Source: Squalus acanthias (taxonomy: Eukaryota). From it: a stretch of DNA of 64,000 nt. The stretch is taken from contig CM059438.1 of the NCBI GenBank assembly GCA_030390025.1, positions 70,806,001-70,870,000 of the forward strand. Reading direction: 5' to 3'. Positions 25,974 to 40,045 of the stretch are shown piece by piece; the stretch's first letter is position 1; each line of letters begins with the position of its first letter. Below the pieces are notes generated by a model. The model saw only the letters and a program-made list of their open reading frames with translations, was not told the origin of the DNA and did no database searches. The position numbers and the translations under genes are program-made.

Positions 25974-27890
25974 ACTGTTCCTTGATTAAGAGGGCAGCCA
26001 GGTATCCGGATCCCAATTCTTTGTCAACTCCATTCTCTAAGTCAGTGTCTGGGATGTGCATGAGAGGGTCACACGTGACTCATCCTCCAGTTGTGTTTTC
26101 CTCCCACTTGTCCCTGTGGAAAAGCCTCTAAAGCCTTTGCTTACCACTTCTTCCTGATGACAAAGCCAAGATGTAAAGCTACCCAAGCAGACACTGATTG
26201 AGTGAACCTTCAGATTAAAATTTCTGAACACCTTAGAAAATGCATGCAGGTCGTGAAAGATGTACAGAAACCAGGGACTCATTGTCAACATAGTACTGTA
26301 CCTGGATCTCTGATGGTTTGTTAGCCCAATGTGGCGACAGTGTATATTGAAATCTTAAAATTCTGATTTTGTTTCTGTGTGGATATATACATGAATAATA
26401 TATGAATTATATATAAAATACAGACAGAATGATACTATATGAAATATGATTTTGCACGCAAAAATCTGATCGTGTGTGCATGCGTGCTTAATTTTGCTTT
26501 GTAGAGCAGGTCTTAACGTCATTACTTCAGTGGAATACTTTGAAGGGAGGAGATCCAACATTGTTTCCATTTGCTTTACTTTAAGGTTTAGTTAAGAATG
26601 TTGGAACATCAGAACAGTTATATTTTGGGGTGTTTTTCTGCATTCATATTTCTGCTAAGATCCTTGCAGTGTAGGCAAAGGAAGACTGCGCTGCATTGAG
26701 ATGAAGTGCAAAAATCAAAAGCAGGTGCCCTTTTGAATTTGGAGTTATGGCTGCTTTATTGAAATAATGCCAGGGTTTTCTGAAGTTGCCGCTGACCTTC
26801 ATTATATGTGACCTACAAGTACTGTGACCAGATGTAAATCTCACCCAAAAGTGCAAGAACAAAACAAATGGATACATTAAACATGTTTTGAAATGGGTGC
26901 TATAGCTACAGAACCACAGAGGCCTCCGATGAATTTCAGAGGTCACTCTGTCCACAGGAATATAGTAATTCTCAGCCTGATGTTTCAAATCACACGAGCC
27001 CTGGTTGGGACTAGTTATTTAGATTTTAGATTAAGGGTAAGAATAAAGAGGGTTCAGTGTTAAGCGGAAAAACAGTGCGAAACTCAAGTGCATTTCTCAG
27101 TTCTGCAGCAGCAGGGAGACTGCAGTAGGAATTAAATTAAACATTTATATTAAAAGAAAGTTTCTTCAAAAGCAGCACTGGCAGAATGGCATGGACACAG
27201 TAAAGTGTGAATTCAGTAAGTTATGAATTCACAAAAGTATCAATTCACTAAGGTGTAGGGTTCATGTTAGCTCTTAATCCTGCCTTCAATCAAAATGGTT
27301 CTTGGTGTGCTAAAACCCACAATAAGGGCTACTTTTATCATCCTAATGTGCACTACCATTTTGTTAACATTTGACCCTGGAAATTACCCTATTCAATATT
27401 ACTGTATGAACACTCTGTGTGTTAATATCAAATTCATTAATCTGCTATTTTAACAGAGCCATTAACTCATATTTAAAGAAAAGAGTAGATGGAGGAATTT
27501 TATGTGAACACGATAAGCATTTGTATGATGATATCAAACAGTGTAATATCCAGGCATGCAATTGAAAAGTCCGAGTTGATTATTATTTTGTATTTATTGC
27601 ATTCTTCTCTGTCTATCCCTGGCTGTTGCTTAGTTTATATTGGTTGTAGAATGGATCACATTCTGCCCTGTGATTGATCTTGAAACAGATTGAAAGAGGT
27701 CCGAGTGTATCTGTGTTTAGAGATGCTAATCTAAAGCTTCTCCGCGTGCTTTCGATGGCTCGTTTTCTGTTGCACACATTCAGCTTGATCATGTGAGCTG
27801 AAGGTTCTTATTTTTAGGAGGTAACTGAAAATTCAAAATTTCTTCGTGGCACCAATATTTTTTTAAAAAAGCATAGTTACTAAAAATGGG

Positions 27891-28065
27891 AAGCAAAAAA
27901 TAGAAAATCCTGAAATGGCACAGCAGCTGAGTCAGCCTCTGAAACAGATTAAAGACAGATTTGATCTTTCATCAGCACTGATGCAAGGTCCCACGCAAAA
28001 ACATTAAGCTACATTCTCTTCCAGGTACTGACTGACCTGCGACTTCCAGTGTTTTCCGTTTTTCT
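27891..28065. mobile_element. Degraded Penelope-derived inverted-repeat element
   Basis: Same layout as 22045-22273; the centre ttcatcagcactgatgc joins two opposed, broken CTGATGA cores. Confidence 0.5.
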
Positions 28066-28604
28066 TTAAGATTGCTTCAATCGGAACAGTTCCTCCAATA
28101 CTAAGGGATCCAACCTTTTTTCTGCTGACGTCTCGTGGTTTGTTGCGTTAAAAGCGCTGCATAAATATAAGTCGTTGTTGTTTAAGTAACTCACGAGAAA
28201 GCTACTCCATCTATCCGTGCACCAGCATGCGTGTAATAGTTTCAAATAACTAAAGACTGAGGAAAAGCATTGCCGTAAAATGTTACTTCACTCGTGAAAA
28301 CAGAAAGTAAACTTTTTAGTATTTCTCTGTTGTATCAAGCTTGGCTAAAATAGTAAATGCATTTTGTAATTTATGTGAAATAGTCTTGTAGCTCTGGGAG
28401 CTGCAGCAGCGGGCCCTGTGACGACATGCCGATATCTCTATAGGTGAGCAGACCCAGGGCTTTTGCAAGGGCAGTGAGATAAAAAATAACACCAAAAAAA
28501 TCAGAGGAAGAGGGAGTGCCCCTATTGCAGCTAAAGTTTTTCTATCCACATGTCATGTTTATTGGATATAAATATGTTTAGAGTTTCACAAGATAAGATT
28601 TAAT

Positions 28605-28760
28605 GGGGTAGCGCAAAACGGGCCGTATCGTATCGGCTGCCCATTATACCCCCACCCAATATTCAGTTCCATTGGCTTCAATAGAACTGAGTATCAGGTG
28701 GGGAGTATAACAGGAAGCCCATGCGATATCATCACATTTCGCTCAACCACATTCTACCCC
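28605..28760. mobile_element. Short hairpin MITE
   Basis: ggggtag...ctacccc with AAT TSD; inner arms tatcg..ttatac / gtataa..cgata. Confidence 0.7.
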
Positions 28761-29458
28761 AATGGTCTTTAGCCTAACTACTCCAGCTCCTGTAGCGTTG
28801 TCCCTGAGCACTGGTGGTCGGGGAGCAAACAGGAGCAGAATGTGGAAAGGATGCTTCCTCCGCCTCACTCCACCACCCCCCTTCATTTCCGAGTGAAGCT
28901 CTCTCTGCACATGATGGGTAGATCGTTAATTCCTCACCCCCGTGACAGTCTTAGTCTCACAGACGAAACCTCGGTCCTACCTGAAGCAGGCTTCTTTCTT
29001 CCCCTCCCACCATTTAAACTCAATCTGTGACAGGCGAGTGGGAAAAGTGAGGAGATGAAGAGGAAATTAAGGACCATGATCATATTCTTCATTTCTCAGG
29101 CTGTCGTTTATTTGTGAAAATATTAACTACTTGTGCAGGTGTAATGGCAGCCTTCTACTTTGAACCACAGACCAATTAGGCCACTAGAAGTTGACACGCA
29201 CATTCAGTTTTTAGTATAGATATAGATATATTTCTGATTTTTTAATGGAATTTCAAAACAAAGTCAATGTTCTGCATTCTAGGTATAATTGCATTGAAAC
29301 ATTATGCAATGCAAAATCATTGGCGCACTCTAGAATAAGCATTAACCTTCACATTGAACAATTACACAGCAAAATATTCTTTCATATTTCTTTATTCTAC
29401 TCACCTACAACACCGCAACCAGCAAGGCACTTATTTTGATAATACATACTGAATCTAT

Positions 29459-30287
29459 GGGCTGGATTTTGCCAGCCAAGACGAGTTGGGGGCGGGACTG
29501 CTGCCTTCCGGGTTCTAGTCCCGCCCCCAGCAACGTCTGACGAACGCACGCTATTTTCCCTTCATTGGCCTTGTTAAGCCCGCCCTGCGGGCTTACCGGC
29601 CAATTAAGGGAAAGCTGGTGACAGATGACGTCAGCGTATGATGCTTCATCTGTCGAAAAAATTTTGGCAGATGAATTGTCAGCGTTTGATAGCTTTGAGA
29701 AGCTGTCAAACACTGACAATCTCTGTCCTAAGGTGAGCCCTTGCACATAGGCTTACTAAGACTTCTCTCCTCAGCAGAAAGCAGATGGCTGCAGCATCTG
29801 AGAATGCAGCAGCCATTCTGTCACCTCTGCCATTGAGATGAGGCACCTCCAGATCCTCAACGGTTGAAGCCTGCAGGAAGAAGCAAAGGTAAGGAAACTT
29901 TTTCTGACGCTTTACACTCACCTCTCATACTTACCTGTCCACACTTGCACCCATCACTCACCTCTACATCTTACATTTCGACCCCTCTCACCCCCGCAGA
30001 CCCACTGCTCGCCTCGCTGACCCTAGCGAGGTTCGCAGCCGTCGGGAAGCCCGCAGCAGAGGCTCAAAATGGGGAAAAGCCTCAAAACTGTTAACAGGCA
30101 GTTAATTGGCTCTAATCCCCTTCCCGCCTCGAGGAGACGGGTCCCTGCGCGACTCGGGGACCCGCCTCCCAGGAAGATGGCACAGAGGTGGGTTGGGAGC
30201 GGGGTCAGTACCCACTCCCAGTTTCTGCCATTTTCCCGGCAGTCCCGCCTCCAAACCTGCCTCTTCAGGGCTGGGGAAATTCCCCCC
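29459..30287. mobile_element. Harbinger-type non-autonomous element
   Basis: Ends gggctggattttgccagcc / ggctggggaaattcccccc; homologous along its length to 31993-33223 in reverse orientation. Confidence 0.85.
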
Positions 30288-31992
30288 AGTGGTTGTGAAA
30301 AAAAATTTTGAATAGTTTATGCAATAAATCTATTCACCTTCTCCGAAAAACCTAATTATCCCTTTCCCCATCAATGCCTTGTGGAGGTTTCCTCCAGGTG
30401 CTGTACAGCAAAATCATAAATTCATTCTTTAGAAACACATTTACGAATCTGCTCGACATAAGCACACAGAGGAATTCTCCCCTTACCCATGTTTTTTGGG
30501 CTGCAAATCCCTTAACTTTTGCCAGTTGCAAATTCATTACTTTGCTATTTTAACATTAAACCCTTTTGGATTAAAAATAGACAAAGGCATTTTATATAAA
30601 TGCATTAAACATGCATGCTCTGATGTTGCACAGCTTAATTTCAAAGCATATATGTAAATTGTGGAAATATTGTGATGCTGGGCTTCTAACTCTGTCTTGC
30701 GATTGTTTAAGTAATACAGAATGGTTTTCTGTGACCTCCCTTAGTGTTTTGACATCTCAATGTCATATTTTTGTAAGGCTTGTCAAATATTCAACTCCCT
30801 ATCTATTTTAATGCACTCCATCTTCTCTGTGCCATTTTTATTTGATTTTGCATAAGCAGACTGTTAATGGACACTTCATTTTTCAAATAGATAAGGTGCT
30901 TTGTTGCTCCTCTCCCAGTTGCCCTCTTTCCCTTTCTGCCCGTAACGCTTCAGACTATTCTTTACTGTTACGACATTGCAACATCTGTTTATATTGGAGT
31001 GCCAGGTATTAAAGGCTTGGATCAGCGAAACCCACTCCACTTTTCTATTTTATCTTTGACCCTTTTTTATCACTATTCTAGGCTTTTTTCACTCCATATA
31101 ATATACTAGCAATTGGCCAAAAGAGGAGGAGAATGGAATCATCCTAAATTATAATTAAATTGGCTACAAATACCATTTTTGGTATATTTATGTTTTTCAC
31201 TCTCTTTTAAGACCATCTTTATGGATTATAATGAATATTGTTTAATTAATATTAATCACATCACACAACAACAACAACTTGTACTTATATAGCGCCTTTA
31301 ACGTAGTAAAACGTCCCAAGGCGCTGCACAGGAGTATTTTAAGACAAAAATTTGACACCGAGCCACATAAGGATAAATTAGGGCAGGTAACCAAAAGCTT
31401 GGTCAAAGAGGTAGGTTTTAAGGAGCATCTTAAAGGAAGAAAGAGAGGTAGTGAGGCGGAGAGGTTTAGGGAGGGAATTCCAGAGCTTAGGGCCTAGACA
31501 ACAGAAGGCACGGCCACCAATGGTTGAGCAATTATAATCAGGGATGCTTCAGAGGGCAGAATAAGAGGAGCGCATATAACTCAGGGGGGTTGTGGGGCTG
31601 GAGGAGATTACAGAGATAGGAAGGGGCAAGGCCATGGAGGGATTTGAAAACAAGGATGAGAATTTTGAAATCGATGTGCTGCTTAACCGGGAGCCAATGT
31701 AGGTCAGCGAGCACAGGGGAGATGGGCGAACGGTACTTGGTGCGAGTTAGGAAGCGGGCAGCCAAGTTTTGGATGACCTCAAGTTTACGTAGGGTGGAAT
31801 GTGGGAGGCCAGCCAGGAGTGCATTGGAATAGTCAAGTCTAGAGGTAACAAAGGCATGGATGAGGGTTTCAGCAGCAGATGAGCTGAGGCAAGGACGGAG
31901 ACGGGTGATGTTACGGAGGTGGAAGTAGGCGGTCTTAGTTATGCTGCGGATATGTGGTTGGAAGCTCATTTCAGGGTCAAATATGACAGCAA

Positions 31993-33223
31993 GGGCGCGA
32001 TCTTGCCAGCCCTAGGAAGGCGGGTATGGAGGCGGGACTGCCGGGAAAATGGCAGAATCTGGGGGCGGGTGCCCAACCCGTCCCCAACCCGCCTCCGTGC
32101 CATCTTGCCAGGAGGCGGGTAGCTGACCCGTGCCAGGTCCCGTCTCCTTGGAGGCGGGAAGGGGATTAGTGCCACTTATCTGCCTGTTAACAGGCAGATA
32201 AGAGGATTATCCCCATTTTACCCACACAAGTGCGGGCTTCCCGAAGGCTCCAAACCTCGCCAGGGTCACCGAGGCAAGTAGTGGGTCGGAGGGGTGCAAA
32301 ATTGCGCTGTGAAGGTAACATAGAAACATAGAAAAATAGGAGCAGGAGTAGGCCATTTGGCCCTTCGAGCCTGCTCTGCCATTCAATATGATCATGGCTG
32401 ATCCTCTATCTCAATACCATATTCCCGCTCTCTCCCCATACCCCTTGATGTCTTTTACGTTTAGATATCTATCTATCTCCTTCTTAAATATATTCAGTGA
32501 CTTGGTCTCCACAGCTTTCTATGGTAGAGAATTCCACAGGTTCACTACCCTCTGAGTGAAGAAATTTCGCCTCATCTCAGTCCTAAATGACCGACCCCGT
32601 ATCCTTAGACTGTGGCCCCTCATTCTAGACCCCCCAGCCAGGGGGAACATCCTCCCTGCACCCAGTCTGTCTAGCCCTGTCAGAAATTTATACGTTTCAA
32701 TGAGATCCCCTCTCATTCTTCTAAACTCTGGGTGCAAGTGTGGAGAGGTGAGTATGTGAGGTAAGTGGAAAGTGATAGAAAAAGTTTACTTACCTTTGTT
32801 TCTTCCTGCAGGCTTTAAGGGTTGGGTATGCGGAGAGTCTCGCACCTCCGCGGCAGAGATGACAGATGGCTGTTACATTCTCCAATGCAACAACCATCTA
32901 ATTCCTGCAAAAGAAAGAGCTTTGATAAGTCTTGAATTCAAGAACTCATCAAACTACAGAGAATGTCAGTGTTTGACAGCTTCACAGAGCTGTCAAACGA
33001 TGACAATTCATCTGTCAAAAATTTTTGACAGATGAAACATCATACGTTGACATTCTCTGTAACCGGCTTTCCCTTAATTGGCCTGCTAAGCCCGCTGGGC
33101 GGGCTTAACAAGGTCATTTAAGGGAAAATAGTGTGGGTTGGCCAGAAGTTGATGGAGGCGGGACTGAAACCCGACAAGTGGGAGTCCCGCCTCCAAAAGC
33201 TCCCCATTGGCAAAATCCAGCCC
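31993..33223. mobile_element. Harbinger-type element inserted in the L2 and itself carrying a CR1 insert
   Basis: TIRs gggcgcgatcttgcca / tggcaaaatccagccc and 3-bp TSD CAA. The L2 sequence is continuous once the insert is removed. Confidence 0.88.
32317..32728 (-). mobile_element. CR1 LINE 3' fragment
   Basis: EFRRMRGDLIETYK...FFTQRVVNLWNSLP; tail (catagaaa)n on the + strand. Confidence 0.9.
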
Positions 33224-33889
33224 CAAGGTTGCGAACAGTGTGGTTCAGCCTCAGACAGACGTTAGGGAGAGGGATGGAGTCAGTGGCTAGGGAACGGAGT
33301 TCGTGGTGGGGACCGAAAACAGTGGCTTCGGTCTTCCCAATATTTAATTGGAGAAAATGTCTGCTCATCCAGAACTGTGTGTCGGACAAGCAATCTGACA
33401 ATTTAGACACCGTGGAGGGGTCGAGAGAAGAGGTAGTGAGGTAGAGCTGGGTGTCGTCAGCGTACATGTGAAAACTGATGCTGCGTTTTCGGATGATGTC
33501 GCCAAGGGGCAACATGTAGATGAGAAATAGGAGGAGGCGAAGGATAGATCCTTGGGGGACACCAGAGGTAACGATGCAGGAGCAGGAAGAGAAGCCGTTG
33601 CAGGTGATTCTCTGGTTACGATTAGATAGATAAGAATGGAACCAGGCGAGTGCAGTCCCACCCGGCTGGACGATGGTGGAGAGGCGTTGGAGGAGGATGG
33701 AGTGGTCAACCATGTCAAAGGCTGCAGACAAGTCAAGAAGGACGAGGAGGGATAGTTTACCTTTGTCACAGTCACAAAGGATGTCATTTGTGACTTTGAT
33801 GAGAGCAGTTTCGGTACTGTGGCAAGGGCGGAAACCTGATTGGAGGGATTCAAACATGGATTTCACACAGTACCGGGCAGAGCATAATA

Positions 33890-34391
33890 CAGGAAACTCT
33901 TTGGTATCCGGCACCTACGGGACCGGGATGGTGCCGGTTTATTAAAAATTCCGGATAACGGAGATGTATACTTACCAAGGTACGAGAGCCCCATTACACG
34001 GCCACAGGTACAGGAGCCCCGGTTACACGGCCACTCGTACAGGAGCCCCGGTTACACGGCCACAGATCCAGGAGTCCCTGTTACACGGCCACAGGTGCAG
34101 GAGCCCCAGTTACACGGCCACTTGTGCAGGAGTCCCGGTTACACGGCCACAGATCCAGGAGTCCCTGTTACACGGCCACAGGTGCAGGAGCCCCAGTTAC
34201 ACGGCCACTTGTACAGGAACCCCGGTTACACGGCCACAGATCCGGGAGTCCCTGTTACATGGCCACAGGTGCAGGTACCCCGGTTACACGGCCACTAATA
34301 TACAGTAAAACTTAACTGAACCTACTGCTGAATTTTGCCGGTTAATAGAGAATTCTGGATAATTAGGTGCCGTTTAAACGAGAGTTTCCTG
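33890..34391. mobile_element. pogo/Tigger-type (Tc1/mariner superfamily) MITE
   Basis: TA|CAGGAAACTCT ... AGAGTTTCCTG|TA: 11-bp perfect TIR with TA TSD; repeated (tg)ccgg subterminal motifs. Confidence 0.8.
33983..34296. repeat. 29-bp minisatellite, ~11 copies, with 87-bp higher-order period
   Basis: Unit caggagccccggttacacggccac plus a 5-nt variable end cycling aggtr / tygtr / agatc. Confidence 0.95.
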
Positions 34392-36999
34392 TAAATGTTT
34401 CTGAATTCCCAGGAAAGCTAAGTTTTTCACAATACATTTCTGGTTCAGTTTCTGTTGAGAGGCAATAACGCTGACCTGGATACGTATATTTTCTATCTTT
34501 ATTAATCCAGCACTGTCAATAAGGTATGTTTGGAGGTTCTGAGGGAGCAACAGCCATATATTATCCCATACAGAGACAATCTCTGCATAATTAATATATC
34601 CTTGATAAATAGTTGACTCCTGTTTGTTTGCACCAACACAGACAGGAATGATGATAAAGTGCAACCTGTCTCACGTCCTGTCTGAGTGGGAGGGAACTTG
34701 ATCGCAGTTCATAGTGTAGCATAGAGACCTGTAGTTCTGCCTAATGATATCTATCCCACTTGACAATTTTGGGATCAAACCAAAACCATCTCAAGGTGAA
34801 AAAAAGATAATGTCATTCCACTTGATCAAACGATTCTCCATGTCCAAGGAGACAGCAATTGATAGGTTCACTGGTTTTTTTTTGTTTGCTTCAATTATCA
34901 CTTGCAAAATTTTGCAACTATTATCTGCTGAATATCTTTCTTTACAAATCTACTCTGGTCAGGATGTACCAGGAAACTCAACAATTCTTCCAATCTGAAG
35001 GCCAATACGGTCGCCAAAATTTGAAAGGCAGCATTGAAAGGCTGATAACTAGCACATTCCAGAAGTTCCTTTGCAGGCTTAAGGAGCCCTGCTGCTGCTA
35101 CATTGCCCTATTGTACTGGAAAATTAACTTCTCTCAAATGAAATCTTGAAACTTTGCTCAGAATGTGCCGCATCGCAGCACTTTCCAACCTGCCATCGAT
35201 CGTGTCTTCATACCTCCTCTTTCTCCTGTGTCACGTGGTTGATTTTGTTCCGGGAGAGATGTGGACCAGCGACATTTTAATGAGGTCCAGTGGTCAGAAT
35301 CACCATGGCCTCACACTGCCACAGGAGGCAGTTAATATTGCCCCCCTTCTCCCCCCCCCCCTCCCCCCCTTACTGTACAGGAGTAGTGAATGTGATCCTT
35401 TGCCCTTAACAGGAGGCATTTTTTCATTAAATGGTATCTCCTGCAGTAGCCTGCTGATACACTAGTCAGTGTGACATGGAATGACAGATTGCAGGTTCAT
35501 ACTTGTAATTCCTTCCCCAGGGGATGAATGCTCAATCTCAGTCAGACATCTAGAGAAGGCAGCAACAGAAGGGCAAGCCACTTCTACACAAAGATGGAGG
35601 GAAGGAGAAACCAGAGTGACTCAACTCCGACCTTTCTCATGCAGCACCCACCTGCCTTAATAGGGCATCATTCATGAAGGCTGGGCACCTTTTCCCTGTT
35701 CCCCTCTAATCTAGGAAATGGTATTTAGTGATAATGCATCTAAAGGACATAAATCTGCAAATTAAAAGAAAATTGGAGAGGGGAAGAAAGTGATTTAAAG
35801 GTTAAAGTAAATGTAACTGAAGAGATTCTCCAATGGGTTAGTGTGGTGTGGTCCTGAGCTTTGAAGACCTGGAAGGTGCGACTGTTGGCCTCAGCAGGGA
35901 GGGAAGAATCAGACAGAGATCCAGGTTTAGAATATCGATGACGCTGCCCCCGTTTTACAGGAGGGAGGTGCGGGAGTGCTCCTCCCGGCTTCACATTAAA
36001 ACCACAGGCAACTGCCGGCCACCGCTCGCCCCCTCCCGACCTCTACCTCAACCTCCTCCCGATTGCTGCCTCGACCCCCACCCTCTCCCAGTCGCTGCCC
36101 TCTCTCTCCCGAACACCTCTCCCACCCCCCCCCCCCCAACCACCCCTCTCCTGCAGCAGCCAGAAATTCAAATGGTTTTCGCTGGTGAGATGCCTAGTGG
36201 ACACCCAGCAGGCGTCTGCAGCTCGCCGGTCTGATGCACGTGGCCCAATATCGTGTGGGCCTCAGGCCTACGCATTCCGGGGCAGATATCGATCCCTGTG
36301 CCCAGTTTGTGCTGGCCAACCAATCCCTAGGCCCCAGTTCCTATTACTGTGGTCTCTGCAAATGTCAATCCAGGACAGGACAACTTTAGCTGCAATGCCC
36401 TCCAAGAATCTGCCAACACTGATTTCCTCAGCTAACACATTAAGAACAAACCACTTGGCGAGGCCTTGGGAGGACTGTTCGCATCTGTGGAATTGTACTC
36501 CAGTCAGGAATCACAGACTGCAAGAGAAACATTGGGGTAATAAAGTTTAAAATAAAACTTGTAAATGTTGCTGTTTGCTTTTCTTTACTGTTTGATTCTT
36601 ATAAAACGACTAGCTTAACACTTGCAGCATTCATTGATGCTGTTTTACTGAATCTTAAATATTTCCACATGAAAAGGATGATGGAGACACCAGCTGAGTC
36701 TCTCTCTTCATAAACACCAGTGAGATTACATTCTTATCCAGGCAAGGAGTGCTCATTCCTGACACATTAATGTTTTATAAACCATTCCAATCAGTAAATC
36801 TGGCTTGGTTTTGTTTTCTTCTGAGACCTTGGCTGCTGTTGGATTCAACAGTTTAATAAAGAGGACAGCAAGCATAAACAGCTGAAGAACTGACTGACCA
36901 GAATGTCGCTTTGTACTTGTAGTGAAATATTTACTGGTTCTATAATCATGTAAACTGATTGGCTGCTGCTCAATAATGATTTATTAAAATACAGTTGCC

Positions 37000-39303
37000 T
37001 GAGGCCAACCAGGCCTAGAACCAACAAGGGGGCAGGCCATATTAGATTTAATAATGAGTAATGAGCCAGATTTAGTTAACAGCCTAACGGTGCGTGAACA
37101 TTTATCTAATAGCGATCATAATATGGTCGTTTTCAGCGTTTTGTTTGAAAGGGAGAAACGCGAAACAGCTACTAAGATTCTAGATTTAGGTAAGGCTGAC
37201 ATCAATGGGATGAGACAGAGACTGTCCACAGTAAACTGGGCAAATCTGTTAATGGATAAATCGACAGAAGATCAGTGGGAGGTGTTCAAAAATGAATGTG
37301 ATACAGAACCAGTTTATAGCCCTAAGGGGCAAGAGCTCTACTTGCCAAAAAAAACAGCCATGGACAACAAAAGAGGTAAGGGACAACATAAAACGAAAAG
37401 AAAAAAGCATACAAAAGTGCCAAAAATAGCACAGATCCTGGTGACTGGGAGAGATACAAAGAACAGCAAAAGATGACAAAACAGACAGTAAGAGCTACAA
37501 AAAGGGAATATGAAAAGAAACTTGCAAGGCGTATCAAAATCAACACAAACATTTTTTACAATTAGATAAGGAAAAAGAGGTGGTCAGGAGCAATGTGTGC
37601 CCGTTGAAAACTGATAACAGTGATATTGTAAATGAAATTAAGGAAATGGTGGACATGTTGAATAGTTATTTTGCGACAGTATTTACAGTAGAGGAAGAGG
37701 ATAGCATGCTGGACATCCTAAGGAAACTAATATTGAATCAGGGACGGGGACTCAGCAAAATTAATGTAAGCAAATTAACAGTAATGAAGAAAATAATGGC
37801 ACTAAAGAGTGACAAATCCCCTCGACCAGATGGTTACCATTCCAGGATTTTAAAGGAAGTGGGTGAGAACATTGCAGATACCCTAACTATAATCTTCCAA
37901 AGTGCTCACGATTCAGGAACCATTCCTTTAGATTGGAAAATTGTGCATGTCTCTCCGTTATTTAAGAGGGAAAACAGAGAATTATAGACCAGTTAGCCTA
38001 ACATCTGTTGTTGGGAAATTACTAGAGTCTATAATTAAGGATAGTGTGACTGAACACCTTGAAAATTTTCAGCTGATCAGAGAGAGCCAGCATGGATTTG
38101 TAAAGGGTAGGTCATGCCTGACAAACCTGATTGAATTTTTTGAAGAGGTGATTAAAGTAGTGGACAGGGGGATGCCTATGGATGTTGTTTACATGGACTT
38201 TCAGAAGACATTTGATAAAGTCCCTCATAAAAGACTGTTAGCTAAAGTTGAAGCTCATGGAATTGAAGGCAAATTATTGACCTGGTTAGAAAAATGGCTG
38301 AGCGGCAGGAGACAGAGAGTAGGGATAATGGGCAGGTCCTCTAATTGGCAGGATATGACTAGTGGTGTCCCGCAGGTATCTGTGTTGGGGCCTCAACTAT
38401 TCGCCATATTTATTAATGACTTAGGTGATGGAATAGAGAGCCACATATCCAAGTTTGTCGATGACACAAAGATAGGTGGCATTGTAAGCAGTGTAGATGG
38501 AAGCATAAAATTACAAAGAGATATTAATAAATTAAGTGAATGGGCAAAACTGTGGCAAATGGATTTTGGATCTAAAAAATATAGATCAGAGTACTTTCTA
38601 AATGGCGAAAAGCTAGAAGCAGTGGAGTTCTAAAGAGACTTAGGGGTCCAGGTACATAGATCATTAAAATGTCATCATCAGGTACAGAAAATAATCAAAA
38701 AAGGTTAATGGAATGCTGGCCTTTATATCTGGAGGACTAGAATACAAAGGGGTAGAAGTTATGCCGCACACCTGGAGTACTGTGTTCAGTTCTGGGCACC
38801 ACACCTTAGAAAGGATATATTGGCCTTGGAGAGAGTGCAGCATAGATTTACCAGAATGATACCTGGACTCCAAGGGTTAAATTACGAGGAGCGACTACAC
38901 ATTGTATTACCTAGAATTTACAAGGTTAAGAGGTGAAGTTTTCAAGATATTAAGGAGAACTGATAGAGTAGATAGAGAGAAACTATTTCTGCTGTTTGGG
39001 AAGTCTAGGACTAGGGAACATAGCTTAAAAGTTAGAGCCAGGTCTTTCAGGAGTGAAGTTAGGAAACACTTCTACACGCAAAGAGTGGTGGCAGATTGGA
39101 ACTCTCTTTGGCAATTGGCAGTTGATGCTAGGTCAATTGTTAATTTTAAATCTGAGATTGATAGATTTTTGTTAACCAAAGGTATTAAAGGATATGGGGC
39201 AAAGGCGGGTATATGGAGTTAGGTCACAGATCAGCCACGATCTCTTGAATGGCGGAACAGGCTCGAGGGGCTAAATGGCTTACTCCTGTTCCTATGTTCC
39301 AAT
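37000..39303 (+). mobile_element. CR1 LINE, ~2.3 kb 5'-truncated ORF2 (endonuclease end, RT, 3' UTR), disrupted
   Basis: HLSNSDHNMV, NYRPVSLTSVVGKLLE, QHGFVKGRSCLTNL, DFQKTFDKVPH and KFVDDTK motifs; tail tactcctgttcctatgttcc. Confidence 0.95.
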
Positions 39304-39694
39304 ATGTGTCAATCTACAGATATTGTTCAGTTTGAAAAATATTTTTCTGTAGCGTATAGAGCTTCCATCCATTTTAAAATAGTTTCTGCACTGATCAAGG
39401 TAAAGGTTATCAGTGATGGAAAACAGAACTTGTTATTATATTTTTTGTGCCTATTGTCAACGCAAAGAATTACCAAAAGGATAAGATGCAGGAGACTCCA
39501 ATTCTCTAATTACCTATTCTTCTACCCCAACTTTACAAGCACCTACTTCAACACTAACATTACCATTTGCCACAGCAACCCTGTACTCCTTTCCAATTAT
39601 TTTCTTTCCCAGTCTTTAGCTCATCATGCCACATATTATTGACTTGAACGAAAGGTCAGGCAGTCAGCTAAGGGTTCTTATGCCTTTGTGAATG

Positions 39695-40045
39695 CTGCTT
39701 GTGTTTGAATTCCTCCATGGCCTCACCCCTCCCAATCTCTGTAACCTCCTCCAGCCCTACAACCCTTCAAGATCTCTGAGCTCCTCCAATGCTACCCTCT
39801 TGCGCATTGTCCATTTCCTTCACTCCACTATTGGCAGCCGTGCCTTCGGATGCCTAGGCCCTAAACTCTCCACCTCTCTCTCCTTTAAGGCTCTTAAAAC
39901 CTATATCTTTGACCAAGCTTTTGGTCACCTGTCCTAAGATCTCTTTATGTGGCTTGGTGTCAGATTTTGTCTGATAACGCTCCTGTGAAACGCCTTGGGA
40001 AGTTTTACTACATTAAAGGCGCTATATAAATGCAAGTTGTTGCTG
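39695..40045 (+). mobile_element. L2 LINE 3' fragment
   Basis: LHGLTPPNLCNLLQPYNP; tail aggcgctatataaatgcaagttgttg. Confidence 0.85.

Larger units (their letters stand above)
31266..33860 (-). mobile_element. L2 LINE (RT to 3' tail), interrupted at 31993-33223
   Basis: ORF 33114-33914(-) has QSGFRPCHSTETAL, LDLSAAFD, GVPQGSIL, YADDTQLY. ORF 31538-31969(-) has LIHAFVTSRLDYSNALLAGLP. (caa)n tail at 31266. Confidence 0.92.

Noticed and set aside
33983..34296. CRISPR-like repeat array and the repetitive ORFs over it
   Set aside because: Units are contiguous with only a 5-nt cycling variable part and no unique spacers or cas genes, in a vertebrate intron. The ORFs are minisatellite read-through.
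37000..39303. Active LINE
   Set aside because: 5'-truncated with multiple frameshifts, stops and deletions; no intact ORF2 exists anywhere in the window.
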